Shown piece by piece: positions 48,549 to 50,503 of a stretch of DNA of 50,503 nt. Under the pieces are notes generated by a model that worked only from the letters and a program-made list of their open reading frames with translations, did not search any database and was not told the origin of the DNA. The translations under genes were made by a program, and so were the position numbers. Each line of letters opens with the position of its first letter. The stretch's first letter is position 1. The DNA is taken from assembly GCF_006345805.1 (NCBI RefSeq), contig NW_021834312.1, positions 1-50,503 on the forward strand, in the 5' to 3' direction. Source of the stretch: Octopus sinensis. Taxonomy: Eukaryota.

Positions 48549-49699
48549 CATACATATACATGTGTATGTAAAGAAAAAAGAAAGAAGAGAAAGAAAGAAA
48601 GAAAAGAAAGCAAAGAAGAGAAAAGAAAGAAAGAAAGAAAAGACAGAAAGAGAAAAAAGAAACAAAGAAAACAATTGAAACAAAAAGAAATGGCCATACA
48701 ATCATTAATAGAACACTTGTGTTGAGAATTCAGTCAATGAATTCAAAAATAAAATATATTCGGTGAAAATTTTTAGTAAATGAAAAAATTTAAAGTTGAT
48801 TTATATAATTAAGGTGGTGAAACCTAAACTTGTAATTACCGAAAATCATTCCATTAAAATTTTCCTAACTTTTGATTGAAAATAATAAAAGATGTACATT
48901 AGATGGAATATGGACGAAGGGAGACAAACAAAGAAGATTTAAATTAGCAAGAGTCTATCAGTGATGTTTGAAAGGAAGCCGTTGAATAAATATAAGTTAT
49001 ATAAGAGAAAGAAAACAATGGAAGATCTACGACGTAGACGATTGCTTCTGATAACACCGAGTCGCAGCAACAATTTGTGACAAGTGTTTTGACGGCTGAG
49101 ATAAGAGTACTTTTCTTCTTCGCTTGACCTACATATTAAATTGTCGTTTTCTAGTGGCGCCATCTTCATCTGTTCTTCGTTTACAATAGGCATTTGGATG
49201 AAACTTAGTATTATATTCATTAACGTAACGATAATTAAAGAGTTTAATGTTACTATTTATGTCATTTTACTTTGATCGAGTGAGTCTCACTATGTTGACT
49301 TCTACAAGTGGATGGAAAAGGTCTTCGTTTAAAGACCCTGAGCATCCACAGGCGAAACTCTGAGTAGCAGGAGACCCACTCAAACAATATGCAACATTAT
49401 CGATCTCTACTATGCGATTGAGTTCTCTATTCTCCGACACCAAACGTGTGTAAATGCTATGTTAATTTTGATGCAAAATTAATACAATGAATAATTTTGA
49501 AGAGAAAGTTTTAATAACGTTGACAATATAGATTCGATCAGGGCAGTAGACATATCGATGGGAAGCTGTTTTGGCCTATTCACATGAGAGCCCAATGTCT
49601 AAATGTCGAGATTCACACAGTGTTGTGTCCATAGAGGTGTTTTACTATGCTGTGCAATGGTGCGAGGCCTTTTAATTTCTTAATTACGACGTTTGGTGA

Positions 49700-50245
49700 T
49701 GCCCGAAATTTCAAACTCCTTTACAATCGGAAAATTGAACAATGGAAAGGCCCCTGGTATGGATGGATTGGGTGCAGAGATATATGAATATGGTGGTGAT
49801 CATCTCTGTACAATGTTGACGGATGCGATTCAGAGGGTTTTGGCATAGTGACGTGGTTCCTCGGGATTGGCTCGATGCGTGATAGAGATCCTCTATAAAT
49901 CGAAAGGTGGAAAGGATGTCTGTGATAATTTCTGTAGCATTTGTCTGTTAGCTGTCGCTGAAAAGGTCCTTTGTAGGGTAATGCTAGACGGATTGCTTCT
50001 GCACATTGCTGATGAGGTTCTACCAGAAACGCAATAAGTGTGTAGAGGTAGTAGGAGTTCTATGGAGATGGTATTTTTAGTTAGACAGTTATAAAAGAAT
50101 GCATCAAACAGTATATGGACTTATATCAGGTTTTTATTGATCTGACGAAAGCTGTTGGTTCCGTCAATAGAGTTGCACTTTGGGAAATCCTAAAAAAACT
50201 AGTCTGCCCTGAAAACTTTCGTGAGAATGCTTAGATAATTTCATG
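49700..50245 (+). mobile_element. RTE-clade LINE RT fragment, degenerate
   Basis: LNNGKAPGMDGLGAEIY, ILYKSKGGKDVCDNF, EVLPETQ, VFIDLTKA, LWEILKKLVCPENF..FHD, with stops. Confidence 0.9.
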
Positions 50246-50503
50246 ACACCAGTTCTGTACTCAAACTTTACTCCTTCTTTAACACCCTCAAACGCTGTTT
50301 CCAACATGATGGATACATACAAAGCGAATAAGACCTGGTGCAAGAACACAGCCCTGTTTTTCCCCACTTAAGACTGTGTATGAATCGAATACTTCCCAGC
50401 TAGATCTGACAGGAGGCATCCTCCCTTGATGGAAAGAAATGATGACATTGAACATCTTTTCAGGAACACCTAGCTTTCTAAGGACAACCCAAAGAGTATC
50501 CCT
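50246..50503 (-). mobile_element. Second RTE-clade RT fragment, opposite orientation
   Basis: Reverse: LWVVLRKLGVPEKMFNVIISFHQG..KQGCVLAP..LFALYVSIMLETAFEGVKEGVKFEYRTG. Confidence 0.85.

Noticed and set aside
48939-49220. 93-aa minus ORF with LIC..YSY..NTCHK
   Set aside because: Only two Cys, no splice signals and no further domain pattern.

Overview
AT-rich, microsatellite- and repeat-dense eukaryotic DNA. It most resembles an Octopus/cephalopod genome, an inference from recalled SINE families and (TA)n density rather than a database match. One host gene is well supported: a minus-strand, spliced, secreted chitin-binding (CBM14/peritrophin-A-like) protein with a signal-peptide exon at 6204-6288 and a Cys-rich exon at 1370-1667, continuing off the left edge. 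Most of the rest is transposon debris: at least three tRNA-derived SINE families, R4/Dong-like LINE fragments clustered in (TAA)n arrays, RTE LINE fragments, Tc1/mariner remnants, a hAT MITE, Helitron/Helentron-like non-autonomous elements and Penelope-like element (PLE) remnants. The most striking unannotated signal is a set of about ten minimal type-I hammerhead-ribozyme-like motifs from about five sequence families. They have palindromic stem III, several carry the compensatory U3-A8 core or an unusual U6, and several lie in long inverted repeats or PLE 3' ends. Nearly all listed ORFs are microsatellite artefacts. Repeat boundaries are approximate unless a TSD or TIR is quoted.
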